Assembly (NCBI RefSeq): GCF_009914755.1
Contig: NC_060931.1
Source: the human T2T-CHM13v2.0 reference genome, Homo sapiens
Strand: one strand, 5' to 3'
DNA: 64,000 nt
Numbering within the stretch: position 1 is the first letter of the stretch; each line of letters starts with the position of its first letter. Position numbers and translations under genes: made by a program. Under the pieces are notes generated by a model, which was given only the letters and a program-made list of their open reading frames with translations, was not told the origin of the DNA and made no database searches. This document shows, one piece after another, positions 15,047 through 30,879 of this stretch.

Positions 15047-15905
15047 TACACTGTTATTTATAATAGCTTTTCTCTTTTAGAAAAAACAACCCAAATGTCT
15101 AACAAAAACCCCGATGATTAATTGCATTGGTTAAGATGTAGAAGTTTCAGTATGATGTACATCAAAAACATACAATATGCATCCAAATATTGAAATTCAT
15201 TACATTTCAGTTGCAGAATTATAGTATTTTCTACTTTTTTCTGCTGTTTATCCTGTGTTTTGACATTGTCTACATCAAACATTCAATTCATATAGTGATA
15301 AATAGTAAATTAAAACAAATGATCCAGGTAACTTTCTACCAATTGATATACAAGGCGTAGTCATACAAACTTAATTTTTTTTCATCTCAAAGTACATATC
15401 TTGACCCTAATATGTTCAACTGTGAAAACTTATGAGTTAAATGTAATGAATACATATTGTTTGTATTTGAATACTAATGGGAAATTAAAAATGATTGTCT
15501 GGATTCCATGGAAAAAGACCCAATAATGAAATGCACAGCTATCACTCTTCTAGGATTGACTCTTGGCTTTACTCTTAGTGGAATTACTTCCAGAAATAAA
15601 TCTGGATTCTTCTCTTTACTTTGGATTGAACACTTAGATGACATTAGGAAGGTTTATTATTTTGGACTCACACCATGAAACTGAAGCTTTTTATGTATTC
15701 TGTTTTCATAGGTTTATCTACTTAATCCAGGCTCTTAGATTAAAAAGTGAAGTGTATAGAGATTTGTGGTGGTCCATAAATGAAAAGTTAAAACAATTTA
15801 TCTAATAGTCTTCAATTTGTGGCAATGTGCTGCCACAAAGAATTGCTCAACCAAAGTTTTTTAATCATGTTCTCTAAAAGTATCTTAATGTATGAAGATG
15901 TGTTC

Positions 15906-16201
15906 TTTTTGTTTGTTTGTTTGCAATGGAGCCTCACTCTGTCGCCAGGCTGGAGTGCAGCCGCACGATCTTGGCTCACTGTAATCTCTGACTACCTGGT
16001 TCAAGCAATTCTCCTGCCTCAGGCTCCCAAATAGCTGGGATTACAGGCACACACAACCATACCCAGCTAATTTTTGTATTTTTAGTAGGGACAGGGTTTC
16101 ACCATGTTGACCAGACTGGTCTTGATCTCCTGACCTCGTGATCCACCCACCTCGGCCTCCCAAAGTGCTGGGATTACAGGTGTGAGCCACTGCGCCTGGC
16201 C
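15906..16201 (-). mobile_element. AluSc-like
   Basis: gtcgccaggctgg and ctcctgacctcgtgatcc; flanks aagatg..ctttt on both sides. Confidence 0.92.
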
Positions 16202-16821
16202 AAGATGCTCTTTTTTAGCCTAAAATATTCTGGAAATATATCCAGCAAAAAAAAAATTTGTTATCCTACTGTAGGCCTCATTTTTACCTTATAATGGATG
16301 TTTACTTGCCTATGATGTAGTTTCATTTGCCTCCTCGACTGAATATGTACTCTCCACAAATATTTTTGGCTATGATATAAAATAATTATGGTTATATATT
16401 TTATGCCACTTTAAAATATGAATAACGTCATATATAAATATGCATTATTAGTATATTATATAATATATACTTATATAAATGTAAACATCTCAATATAAAT
16501 ATAAATTATAATTATTTTATAATTCTATGTATGCCTTATTAGTCCTAATAGTAATTCATTCTAATCATAACTATACAAAGATTTTTCTCATTGTATATTG
16601 GAAATGTGTCATAAAAGGGTGCACGGGCTGCCTATTGACAAAGAAAGAAATAACTGTGATGTCAATGGAGATCTTCTGTCAGTAACAGACTCAGCACCTG
16701 AGTTGGCATGCACAACACAAAATCAATAGTTTTCTCAAATACTAAGATTTCTCAGTCAATAATGTCATTTCGTGAAATCATTACAGTAGTTCTAAGTTTT
16801 CTGTACCTCCTGCTCATACAT

Positions 16822-17253
16822 TGTATTCTGTGTAAGTTTTCTACTGCAAATTACTACAAACATAGTGGCTTGAAACAACACAAATTCATTTTCTTACAGT
16901 TCTGTAGATCAGGATTCTGCCATGGATCTGACTGGGTAAAGATCCAGGTGTGGAAAGCGTACATTTCTTTCTGAAGGCTCTAGCTGAGAATCTACCTCTT
17001 GGCTTTTTGCAGCTTCCAGAGGTGACCTTCTCTCCTGGAGATTCTCTTCAGAATGTCTCTTCCACTTTTAAGGACCCCTGTGAGTACATTAAGCCCACCT
17101 GGAGAGGCGAGTATTATCTTCCTGTCTTAAGGTCACGTGATTAGAAATCTCAGTTCCATCTGCAACCTTAGTTTGCCTTTGCCACATAACCCAACATAGT
17201 CCCAGGTTCTGGGGATGAGGATGTAGACATTTCAAGGAGATTGTTAGACTACA
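16822..17253 (-). mobile_element. MLT1 (C/D/E-like) MaLR solo LTR
   Basis: ttactacaaacatagtggcttgaaacaacacaaattcattttcttacagttctg ... ccttttgccacataac-like 3' part. Confidence 0.8.
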
Positions 17254-17759
17254 CATGACATAATCCGAGTTATTCTTGTGACTTCTTTAGAATCAATAGA
17301 ACTTGAAAAAACATCATACCTTTGGTAGTTGTGGTAATTTGACTAAAAATAAAGAGTCTTCACTCAAAAACACTTGTCTCCTGAGAATGGGAAAAGTTTG
17401 ATAAGTAATGTGTTGAAGAATATATTGAAAAGAAGTCTTGTTGAGAGAAAAAAGCAGAAAGTTGAAGAAAGTTTGGATTTCTCAGTACGTTAGATCTTAT
17501 TAGATTACAATACGTCCTGATTATTCTTAGAGAACAGTATTCGGGCACGTGATGATCTGCACTCTGGCCGCATGTTTTTTCTTACCTGGGGTCTCACTGT
17601 CTTGTGTTAGATCTATTAGTGGTCACAAAGAAAGGAGGGTGAGAAAAGGGAAGGGTGAAGGGAAAAGTGGTATGGGGTGGAAGGCTTACTGCTTGTTATC
17701 TAGGAGGTAGAGACTCACTGGATGCTTTACTTCTCTTTCTAAAATTCTAACAATATTAA

Positions 17760-17885
17760 TAATGATATGAATAATTATATACCTTGCCGGTGAGTAAACC
17801 GATGCCATGAGATAAAATAGTTTGCCCCAAATCACATAACTAAAACTGGGCACTGAATTGGGACCCAAACCCACATTCCCTTTGT
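17760..17885 (-). mobile_element. MIR fragment
   Basis: gtgagtaaaccgatgcc...tttgccccaaatcacataact...gggacccaaaccca. Confidence 0.55.
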
Positions 17886-19640
17886 TGCCCGAGCTGTGCT
17901 TCTTCCATCCTACCAGCCCGAAAGCAGTAAAGACATAGCAGTCATCCTTCTGTTTTAGCATGCACTCAGTATAAGTTCAGAATGTTCTTCAATCCATTCC
18001 CTAAGTCATCTGAAGACAGCAACTGAGCATTTCTGGGGGCTGGACCCACTCTGAAACTAAAATATAATATTGGAAATGAATCAAAGTCTAGAAATCTCTT
18101 CCCACCACTCACTGAGGAATATGGGAAGGCCAGAGACCAGGACATCTATCCAGGGATGAGATTTTGGTGTCAGTGTAGGTGTCTGAAGCAGTTCTGTTCA
18201 CTGACTTCGCCTCTCGTGGGTGAGCCTGGGCATTGTTACATTCTTGTGTTGAGAGGATATGTGGCCTCTCACTGCACTCGCTTTCCATGAGATACAAGGG
18301 ATTATCCTCAAGAGCAACCATGAGAAGAGGCTACGGTTCTGTCTTATGCTCAGAATGCATGGGTTTGCAGGGCAATATCAAATGTAATTCATCACTATCT
18401 GCATCAGACAAGCCACCCTCTCATTTCCAGAGCCATCTGCTTCTCACTGTCCATGAATAGATTCTTGATGGCCTGCTCCTTTCTTCGATATGAATACTTG
18501 CTGTTAAATGCCCTTTATCTAGACTTCATCAGCAAATATTGATGGAATGAGGAGAGCAGCTATGTGAAGGTGGCCTGAGCATGTCAACCTCTGGCTGCCA
18601 TCCTGCCCGAAACTCTTAATGATGGTGTAGGAAGCCTAGATGGGAAACAAATGCTCTCCCATGAGTAGCCTTAATTCCGCAAGAGAAAAAAGTATACAGG
18701 AGGAGTCCAGCATTCTGTTTAATTTATTTAACAATTTCTACCTGGTTATGTTGATGCCTTGCCCTGCTAGGCAAGAGGAGTTTTGTTTAATTCATAGGAC
18801 CAAATTTAGTACTCTGTAAACATTACCTTCTTCCTTAACATTTATTACCACTGTTCCCATTCGATTCAATGAACATTTATTTATACAGTAACGGTAGTTT
18901 GTAAAATATTCATGACTCCTTGTATTGCACAGACAGGTTAATATTATGCTTTCCTTAGAGCTCTGGCAATAGAGGTTTTGCATGCTTGAAATGCTGACCA
19001 CCTTTCAGACTTTGTAAATTTGCTTTCAGCCTTTTTAAGATGCTATACATAAGTCATGATGACCTGGGCATTCAAGCTATCAAATTCTTTTAAAGTCTTA
19101 CCCCTGTGAGGCAAGGCAGTAAGAGAATCCCAAATGGGATATGAGTCATGACTATAGACCAAATGCCTTATTATCCTAAAAAGAAGCTTAGGCCTTACTA
19201 GAGACAGTCCCTGTGAGCTTTCTTATTTCTGTGGGGAGAATGGCCTTGCAATGATCCTCATTTTACAACCTGTCCTTGCTTACAAACTGTGCATTTGCAA
19301 AGCATTGCAGTAGGAGAAAATGTCCAACTGGATTGTCTTATCCTAAGCCCTCTAACTTCAAGCAGGGATGCTGAGGTGGAGGGGAGATGGAGATGCTGAG
19401 AGCCTTCCTCCATCATTAAGAAGACCTAGCCACCATCTTGTGGCTGGATTTGACCAAGTCTGCTGTCACCATGGTCCTTTGCATCCTCTGTGTGTCTTCT
19501 CTTATTCTTTGTTCTTATCCCAACCCCTGCAACCGCACCCATTCCCTAGTTCCCTTTTCTAATGTCTAGGTGATTCCTATTTTCTTCACTTATTTAGTCC
19601 TGATTTTACCTCTTGGGCTACACAATAGAAAGCAACTTTC

Positions 19641-19789
19641 TTATTTTATTTTGTGTTTGTTTGCTTGCTTACAGAGATAAGGTCATACTACCTTGCCCAG
19701 GCTGGTCTCAAACCCCTGGATTCAAGTGTTCTTCTTACTTTGGCCTTCCAAAGTGTTAGGATGACAGGAGTGAGCCACCACATCCAGCC
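19641..19789 (-). mobile_element. FLAM / Alu monomer
   Basis: gagataaggtcatactaccttgcccaggctggtctcaaac...gagccaccacatccagcc. Confidence 0.85.
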
Positions 19790-21021
19790 TAACTTCCCCA
19801 TTTGGACGCCCCATACCTCTGCTCCAATTGTCCACTGTGCCTTTCTCCATCCCCCCTTACTTCCCATTGCTTCAGATTAGTGAAATCCGTCTTACAAAGA
19901 TTGACCTAGATTTTGCAGGAGGCTTCTTTCTCTAGCAACGTAAAGATACCAGCCTGATTAGTGTACATTTGTTGCCTCTGAAGTTTTGCCCTTCTCCCAG
20001 TGCCAGCCCTTGTATAGAGCCCTGCCCTGGCTCACGGAGGTCGCCCCTTAAGGGGCCTGGAGAAGGATGGAGCCGTGCTTCTTGGAGGAAGACAAGCTGA
20101 AGCTAGCTTTGCAGCTCCAACTTGGAAAAGCCCCCAGTGGGGATGGGCCGATGTTGTAGAGGACAAGCACTTCTAGGTTTAAGAGAAAGTTCATGAAGAT
20201 TCGGCTAAAGTGGAGAGAAAATAATGAAATGATAAAATCATTCTTGGAAATACTTTTTAAGCTTGGGTAATGGATTTTGAGGGCATGTGCCAAATGAACG
20301 GCCTCATCAACTCTCTTTTCTCTGTCTGTTTCTCTCACTCATTTATTCAAGGTCTTTCTATTTGTCTCTTTCTCCCTAGTTCAGTATTTGGCACTTTTTA
20401 GTCATTAAAAAAGATTACTCCTCTTTCTTGCCATTTTCCACACACATCTACCTATCCAAGCAATCTAGTGAATATTGTTTCAATTTCCTTTCGAGCTACT
20501 TATTTTCTAATCCAGTGGTGTCAGAAGTACCTGATTTTGAATTATCAATTGTAGTTTAACCTTTCCACAAATGAAAGAAGAGCCTTTTTAATGTAAGCCT
20601 GATTTCCAATCCGTAACTAAAAAGCAATGTCATGCTCAAATTGACTCTCTGTAATCCTCTAAATGAGGTGGAGAGATTAGAGAGGACAGGAATTAATAGA
20701 TCATGGATATTGAAGAAGTAAAATGTTCTTTAACCCAATTCATACCTCAGCTCTGATGAACACCAATAGCATTTGGAAGCTTAAGAATGGAAAAGTGCAA
20801 AAGGTGAAGACATGATTGATAGTAGCTTCGAGGTTTAACATCACAGAGGCAAAGGGACAAAGAAAGCTAATATGATGAGTGAGAATATACAAACCAGAGT
20901 AAAGCAAAGCATAACGTTTCTAAAAACACTAATTGGACTATTCAGCTCTTTCCAGTTCAGATATGATTACAAATATCAGACATATGTCAAACCACGCCCT
21001 CTTTAACAAATATTTCAGATG

Positions 21022-21405
21022 TGTATTAGTCTGTTCTCACACTGCTATAAGTAAATACCTGAGACTGGGTAATTTATATGGAAAAGAGGTTTAATTGGCT
21101 CATGGTTCTGTAGGCTGCACAGGAAGCATGGCTGGAGAGGCCTCAGGAAACTTACAGTCATGGTGGAAGTCAAAGGGGAAGCAGGCATGTCTTACTTGGC
21201 CTGAGCAGGAGGAAGAGAGAGCGAGTGGGGAGGTGCCACACACTTTTAAAAAACCAGATCTTATGAAAACTCACTCACTATCACAAGAACAGCACCAAAG
21301 GGGGACTCTGCCCCCATGATCCAATAAACTCCCACCAGGCCCCGCCTCCAACATTGGGGATTACAATTTGACATGAGATTTGGATAGGTACACAAATCCA
21401 AACTG
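21022..21405 (-). mobile_element. MSTA MaLR solo LTR
   Basis: tgtattagtctgttctcacactgctata ... acattggggattacaatttgacatgagatttgg. Confidence 0.88.
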
Positions 21406-21749
21406 TGGCTTGGTTATGGTTTAATATTAATTTATTTTTAACACAATTTTTAATAGTATATTTTATCATTTCATCTAAATATGTGGAATTTTTGTGGACT
21501 TTCATATAAAAAATAAATTATGATAATAACTTATCATTTGGACTCTCTGTGATAATAACTTATCATTTGGTTGGTTTGGCTTAAAGTACAGCTTTTCCGA
21601 CAATGAGAAACTCCTTGCTGGATGTAGTAAACAACTTCTACATTTACTCTGTCAGTGAGACTTCAATCACTTCTGTGTGTAACTCTCATAATAGTGTAGT
21701 AGGACAGGAGAAGGGAACAGAAAAAAAATTGAAAATAATACATTTAGAA

Positions 21750-21960
21750 CTAGTTGTCTAGGGACTCAAAACCTAGCTCTACAAACTAATAACTGAGTAA
21801 TGCTGGTCAGTTGCCTTTCTCCATGAGCTGCAGTGTCCTGTAATAAATTCAAGATAGTGAAACTATAATACCTATGCATATTACCATTTAAATAAGATCA
21901 TGCAAGCACACATAAAGTGAGAGTTTTCATGTCTACTATATGAATCGCTTATTATTATAA
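21750..21960 (+). mobile_element. MIR fragment
   Basis: ctcaaaacctagctctacaaactaataactgagt...tgtcctgtaataaa. Confidence 0.45.
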
Positions 21961-22739
21961 ACTAGTTTCCTATACACTCCTAGAATTTCAACTTTTGAAA
22001 TCTCTATATTAAAGTTTTGTAGTCAGGCAAGAAGTTCTGGTTCTCTCTTTTCAATTGTCCTAATCTGCACATTCTTATACAAGCAATGTGATATGAGACA
22101 GTATTTTTCCTGTCCTCCAGGACATCACTACAGCAACAAGGTGAATGAGTGAGGGAGAAAGGTCCACAAATCCCATTTGCAGCAAAAGTCAAAGAACTGT
22201 ACAATTTAGCCACTCCAAAATATGTTTAATTACTTTCAAAGCCTGCTGCAATTGGGCACATCTCCCAGGAAGGGGGTGTACCAAAGAAGATGGTGCCTGC
22301 TAAGATGGTCCATCTGAGAAAGAATGAGCAAATGTGCTGGTAATATAGAGATGAGGTGCTTCCTCCAAAGTTCCAGGTCCTGTCTTAGGAATGGGGCAAA
22401 CAGAGAAGAAGCAGCACCTATGAGGAAGGAAATACACTGAAACAACAACAATAAAACATTAAAACAAAAAGGGAGTAGAGACATAGTGCCTCTCAGCCCA
22501 GAGGTGGAAGATCTCAGAAAGTCTCTGTACACACACACTTTTTAAGGTGAAAGCTCACTTGACAAGAAGCCATATAAATCATACATAGCAATTTTGAGAG
22601 AGTCTCTGGGTGATTGGCAGCAGAAGCCCTCTTAGAGAAAGTTTGGTTCAGAGAAGCAGAGGAGATAAGACTACTCAAACTATCAAAGAAAGCTACTTTT
22701 TAAGAGATGGCACCTATCCCTAAAAACAGTGAAGAACTG

Positions 22740-24960
<2,221 letters not shown>

Positions 24961-24979
24961 GAGTAATCCTGAGTAGGAC

Positions 24980-25360
24980 AGAAGTGTATGGTAGCACACA
25001 CAATTGACACACAACCACATGTACACCTGGCCCACATCTGAGTTTTCTGCAAAAAGTAGCCTATTCTCAGCACTTCAGTTTCTAGCAGAATAAATTGATC
25101 ACCTGCGTATTTCTGCTTCTCTTCCATAGGGCTTGGGAGGTTGCCTTGGGATCTTGCACAGATTTTTTCTTTGAAAGCCCAGAGTTGCTGGGTAATTAAC
25201 ACCCATAGGAGCAACCTTCAAGCAATAACAGGCTGGAATTGATGGGTACTCATGTCAGTTAACCCATCCCTCCATTCTCTGTGGTTCTTCTGAGAGTAAC
25301 CAGTAGGACCAGCCCCAAATGTCAACAATGACAAACTGCTCATTAATACTACTATATTTT
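24980..25360 (+). mobile_element. LTR16-like ERVL LTR
   Basis: ggagcaaccttcaagcaataacaggctggaattgatggg and accagccccaaatgtcaacaatgacaaactgctcattaa resemble LTR16. Confidence 0.55.
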
Positions 25361-25394
25361 TCTCAACTCACGGGTTTATCTTCTTTACTCACAC

Positions 25395-25770
25395 AAGAAA
25401 TCTAGAAACATTAAACTCATAGAGAGTGGAATTGTTGTTAACAGAGGCTGTGGTGGGGCATGGTGGGTGAGAAAGGAGAATGATGGTCGGGGGTACAAAG
25501 TTTTTGCTAGATAGGAGGTGTAAGTTCTAATGATCTATTGAGCATCATGGTTACTATAGTCAATAACAATGTATTATATATTTAAAATTTGCTAAAAGAG
25601 TGGAACTTAAATGTTCTCACCACAAATAAATGATAAGTATGTGAGGTGATGGATATGTTAATTAGCCTGATTTGATCATTCCACCATGTATAAATGTATG
25701 GAAACATCACATTGTACTCCACAAATATATATATAATTATTATTTGCCTACTAAAATAAAATAAAATGTA
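25395..25770 (+). mobile_element. L1MA 3' end
   Basis: gggtacaaagtttt...gatctattg...aatgttctcaccacaaa...A-rich tail. Confidence 0.8.
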
Positions 25771-25789
25771 TTTAAAAATCAAAAAGCAC

Positions 25790-27170
25790 TAAGCTAAAGT
25801 TATCAAAATAGTATGATATTGATATAAAGCAGACATCTAGGCCAGTGGAATAGAATAGAAGTCCCCAAATAAACCCTCTTATATATGGGAAAATGATGTT
25901 TGACAAGGGTTCCGGGACAACGAATGGCAAAAGGACAGACTCTTCAAGAAATTATAATGGGATAACTGAATAATCATAATGGGAAAACAGGCAAAAGAAT
26001 GGTTGGGCCCTTACCTTACATCATATACAAAAAAAAAAAAACTCCAAATGGATCAAAGATTAAATCATAAAACACCTAGAAGAAAACACCAGGGACAAAG
26101 CTTCATGACATTGGATTTGATGATAGTTTCTTAACTATGACACCAAAAATACAGGTAACAAAAGCAAAAATAGACAAATAGGACTAAGTCAAACTTAAAA
26201 CTTCTGCACAACAAAGGACACAATCAACAAAGCAAAAAGCCAGCCTTCAAAATGGGAGTAAATATTTGTACTTCACAAATATGATAATGATTAATATCCA
26301 AAATAGACAAAAATTTACAAATAAACAACACAAAACAACCAATCAAGTAAATTAAGAAAATGGACAAAGGACTTGAATAGACATTTATCCAAAAATGTTT
26401 TCTAATGACTAACAAGCATATGAAAAAATACTCAAAATCACAAATAAAATGCAAATCAAAACCACAATGAGATATTACCTCATACCTACTAGCATTGTTA
26501 CTATTTTAAAGATGGTTGATGAGGATATAGAGGAATTGGAATCCTTGTGTACTGTTAATCAGAATGTAAAGTAGGTTGCAATTGAAAACATGTGGTTTGT
26601 TCCTTAAAAAAGTCTTTTTGTAATTACTGTGTTGTCTAGCAATCCCAATTCTTGGTATATATCCAAAATAATTGAAAGCAGAATCTTGAAGAGGTATTTT
26701 CATACCCAGGTTAATTGCAGTATTATTCACAGTAGCCAATAGGTAAAAACAACCCGAATGTCAATCTATGGAGGAATGAATAAACAAAACGTGTTGTATA
26801 TACACAATGAAATATTATTCAGCCATAAAAAGGATGGAAATCCTGACATATGCTACAACATGGGTGAACCTTGAGGACATTATGCTAAGTGAAATAATCT
26901 CATACAAAAGGACAGAAACTGTATGATTCTATTATATGAGTTATGTAGAGTAGTCAATCATATAAACAGAAAGTAGAATGGTTGTCGCTGGGAATGTGGT
27001 AGAGGGGAAATGGGATGTTCCTTAATGAGTATAGATTTAGTTTTACAAGATGAAAAGGTTTTTGGAAATTGGTTGCACAGCAATGGAAATATTCTTAACA
27101 ACATTGAACCGTCAAGTTAAAAATTGTGAAGCTGGTAAATTTTATGTTGTTTTTACCACACTTAATTAAT
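25790..27170 (+). mobile_element. L1MB 3' portion
   Basis: aatgcaaatcaaaaccacaatgagata, gaaatattattcagccataaaaagg, ccttgaggacattatgctaagtgaaata. Confidence 0.85.
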
Positions 27171-27291
27171 TTTATTAGAATATTTTAAAATTACATGATT
27201 TAAAATATTGGTGAAATCCACATATGTAGCTTAACTAATAGCATTGCACCCAAGTTAATTTCTTAGCTTTTTAAATTATACTATGGCTATG

Positions 27292-27883
27292 TGTATTAGT
27301 CAAGATTCTTCAAAGAAAAAGAACCAATGAGATAGACATGGATATGGATATGGATATGGATATAGGTTTAGACATAGATATAGATATATAAGAAAGAATT
27401 TATTAGGGGAATTGGCTCACATGATTATTGAGGCTGAGAAGTCCCACAATGGGCAATCTACAAACTGGAGATCCAGAGAAGCTGATAATGTGGCTTAGTC
27501 TAAGTCTGAAAGTCTCAGAGCCAGGGGAGACAATGGTGTAACTCTCAGCTGAGGCTGAAGGCCTGAGAAACTGGGGGCCCACTGGTGCAAGTTCCAGAGT
27601 CCACAGGCCAGAGAATGTGGAGTTCTGATGTGCAAGGGCAGGAGAGGGGGGCAGCTCCAGAAAAGACAAAGAGAATTTGCCTTTTTTTCCTGACTTTTTT
27701 TTTTTAATCTGGGACCTCAGCTGATTGTATTGTGCCTGCCCACATTGGTGAGGGTGGATCTTCTTTAGTCCACTGATTTCTCTTCCAGAAACACCTTCAC
27801 AGACACACCCAGTGATAGTGCTTCACCAGCTACCTAGATAACCCTTCAGCTAGCCAAACTGACATCTACAATTAACCAACACA
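27292..27883 (-). mobile_element. MLT2 (C/D-like) ERVL solo LTR with an internal (GGATAT)n tract
   Basis: tgtattagtcaagattc ... attaaccaacaca; 5-bp TSD CTATG at 27287-27291 and 27884-27888. Confidence 0.88.
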
Positions 27884-28723
27884 CTATGTAAGACATTAAC
27901 ATTAGAGGAAGGCAAGTGGATAAAATTCTGTACTATTTTTGAAAAATAAAAAAGGAAAATATATACTTAATTTCATGTAAATATTTACATTAAATATTTT
28001 AAAATTAAATATTGTCAAACAAAAATATTTAACTCAGAAAGCATTGTATACCTAGATGAATACCTAAAATTATAAATCTCCTAGAAGAAAATATAGGAGA
28101 AAATATATGTGATCTTAGGCTAGGCAAAGATTTTATACTAAACAACAACTATCAGGCACATGAAAAAAATAAATTAGACACCTTCAAAAAATAGCTTAAC
28201 AAATTACAATTTTAAATATATGGAGTTTATTGTTTGCCAGTTATACTTCAGTAAAGCTGTTTAAAAAATTAATTAATGAAGACAAAAAGGAAATGACTTA
28301 TCCACAAAAAAATGGTGGTGAATTAGCTATTGAATTAAGGTGAAAATAAATGTGAAGATTAGGGTGAAAAACAGATTGTAAATATTATATAATCCTGGCA
28401 AAAAGAAAAGATGTAACTAATAACATTTGGCAAAGAATGACATAAAGAAAATGGGTAGTGGTATAAATTCTTTATATTCCCACAAAGATACCAACCTAAT
28501 AGCTCCATTTGAAAGCTGGGAGAAAAACTGTATTGTTTAATTTAGCAAATAAGATATACTCATATTTAACTATTGAAATGAAAATGTCAATAAATACTTT
28601 ATTAACCACTGTAACATTATTGTAGAGGGAGTGGGGAGGAAGAATGAAAGGAAACAGTAATTTTGTCATTGTTTTCAGTAGATTAATAGTGGATAGGAAG
28701 TTAAAGAGGAGAGGGTTAATGTG

Positions 28724-28728
<5 letters not shown>

Positions 28729-28767
<39 letters not shown>
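28729..28767. repeat. (GT)n microsatellite
   Basis: Directly visible. Confidence 0.95.
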
Positions 28768-28770
<3 letters not shown>

Positions 28771-28809
28771 CATGTATATTGTATCCATTGTGAGAGACAT
28801 ACATACAGG

Positions 28810-29181
28810 CAGAGAAAGAGACAGAGATTTATTTTAAGAAGTTGGCTTATGAAATTGTGGAGGATTTGTGACTCCAAAATCTGATGGGGGTTGGCAGGAT
28901 GGAGATCCAGGGAGCACTGATGATGCAGTTGAGGTATGAAGGCAGAATGCTGGAGAATTCCTTCTTGCTCAAGGGAGGTCAGTCTTTTGTTTTATTCAGG
29001 TCTTCAAATGATTGTGTGAGACCCACTAACATTATGGAGTGTAATCTACTTATTCAACTTCCACCAACTTAAGTGTTAAACTAATCCAACACACCATCAG
29101 AAAAGCATTTAGAATAATGCTTGACTACATAGTTGGGCACCGTGGCCTAGCTCCAGTTGACACATAAAATTAACCATGACA
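28810..29181 (-). mobile_element. MLT2C-like LTR
   Basis: agagatttattttaagaagttggcttatg ... gttgacacataaaattaaccatgaca. Confidence 0.8.
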
Positions 29182-29719
29182 CCAAATATCAACAAAAACA
29201 CACCTGCACATGTGCACAAAACAAGGAAAATAGGCTGCATAGTAAATGGCTTTTAAATATGAGAAAAATAAGATTTTTTTAAAAAATAAGTTGTTAATGT
29301 ACTTGAGACAATCTTATTATATATTAACACAAGTAAACTTTGATTTTCATATAGTAGATTTCAGAAGTATTATCTGAGAATGAGGCTTATAAAATGCCCC
29401 CACTTTTTGAAGTCATAGCCATACAATTAAGGAGTTTTACTCTATGGAATTGTCACTACTGGGGCTTCAGCCTGTCCCTCCCTTAACTCTTCAAATTCTT
29501 AATGCTTAGGAGAGTAATGAAGGCTGTTTTATATGGGAGTATTTAGGTGTATGAAACAAATAGGTCCTGCACCAGGATAATGCTGACTGTCCCTTCCTGT
29601 GTCTAACGTGATTCTGCTGCCGTACAACCTTTTCCCCAATAACCCCAAGGTTCTTCAAGGCTGATTGCAGTATTTTTGGTGGCATTCCTACTGGAGATGT
29701 TGTTGCTTCCTTGCCCTGT

Positions 29720-30147
29720 TGATGTAGGATTTTTGCTTCTTAGTTCAGCTAAGTCCAAGTCTGGGTTCTTGTCTCATGACCAGGAAAAATTAGGCATGCA
29801 GACACATTGAAGGGTGAGGAGGGCAGAATTTATTAAGCAAAAGGAAAGCACTCAGCAAAGAGAAGGATTCTCTCCCTCACAGTGGCATACCAGGATTTCC
29901 ACACATGAGCTGAAGAGGCCAGGCTCCTCCCTTGCATATCCTGCCCTTCCAGTGCATATGCGGGCTCTTGAGTCTGAGCCACTCTACACTGATTTAATTC
30001 CCTTACTGCACATGTGTTAAGGGACGGAATTTTTCACTGTGAGCATGTTTAGGCAAGCTCCCTGTGCACAATGACCTGGGTGGTCAGAAGTTCTCCGGGG
30101 ACCCTCCCCATCTGCCTAGGAGAGTTCTCTGCCTCCTGCTTTTCTCA
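29720..30147 (-). mobile_element. ERV1 solo LTR, MER61-like (MER4 group)
   Basis: TG...CA ends; 4-bp TSD CTGT at 29716-29719 and 30148-30151; contains a p53 site, as MER61 LTRs typically do. Confidence 0.8.
30041..30060. promoter_or_regulatory. p53 response element (two perfect half-sites, no spacer)
   Basis: GAGCATGTTT AGGCAAGCTC = RRRCWWGYYY twice, 20/20. Confidence 0.85.
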
Positions 30148-30879
30148 CTGTGGTGTCTTCACTTCCCTTACATTGCAGTGGAAATACCCAAATAGTTCAC
30201 ATGATCTGCTTTCTTTGTCAAGGGAACGCAGAGAAACCAATAAAGCACATCCCTTGAAAAGATTTTCAAATTGTGCTGTATGTGTGTGACATGTTTCGAT
30301 TCAGTTTGTTTAATTGGAGGTTCAATCTACTTGTTCTCTAGCACCCTGTCTCCCCTACTCTCCCCATCCTCCAACCTCCACACTTGCAGTTGAAGGTACA
30401 GTGTAGGATTATTAGAACATTCATTCAATAATCACATTAGAGAGGATCACATGAACCTTTTTCTCTCTAAAATGCAATCCCCAATATGTATTACCATTAT
30501 GCAGTGAATAATTTGAGGTTATAGTTTCTCATAATCAGGCCCCTTAAGCACCCTAAGCAAATTATAAAAATTCCAAGCCAATTAATTATTAATACGTTTA
30601 TATGCCAACTGAAAAATTATCTCTTGAGTATCATACTTTGGCTTTCACTTCCAGGAAAGTTAGGCTGGCTTTTACTATGTTAATGAAAGCTTGAAACCCA
30701 GGCTTAAATAAACTCAGTCCAAGTGTGTATTATGAGTATCAGCTTCTAGCATAAGCAGTGGTCAAGAGACCAAAAACCTGCAAGAAGCGTAATTAGACTA
30801 ATTCAGCTACATCCTCCAAAGGGGCAGGGCCCTGGGTTTAAAAAAAAAAATCAGATTTCCAGTTGTTTCTGAAGGATGA

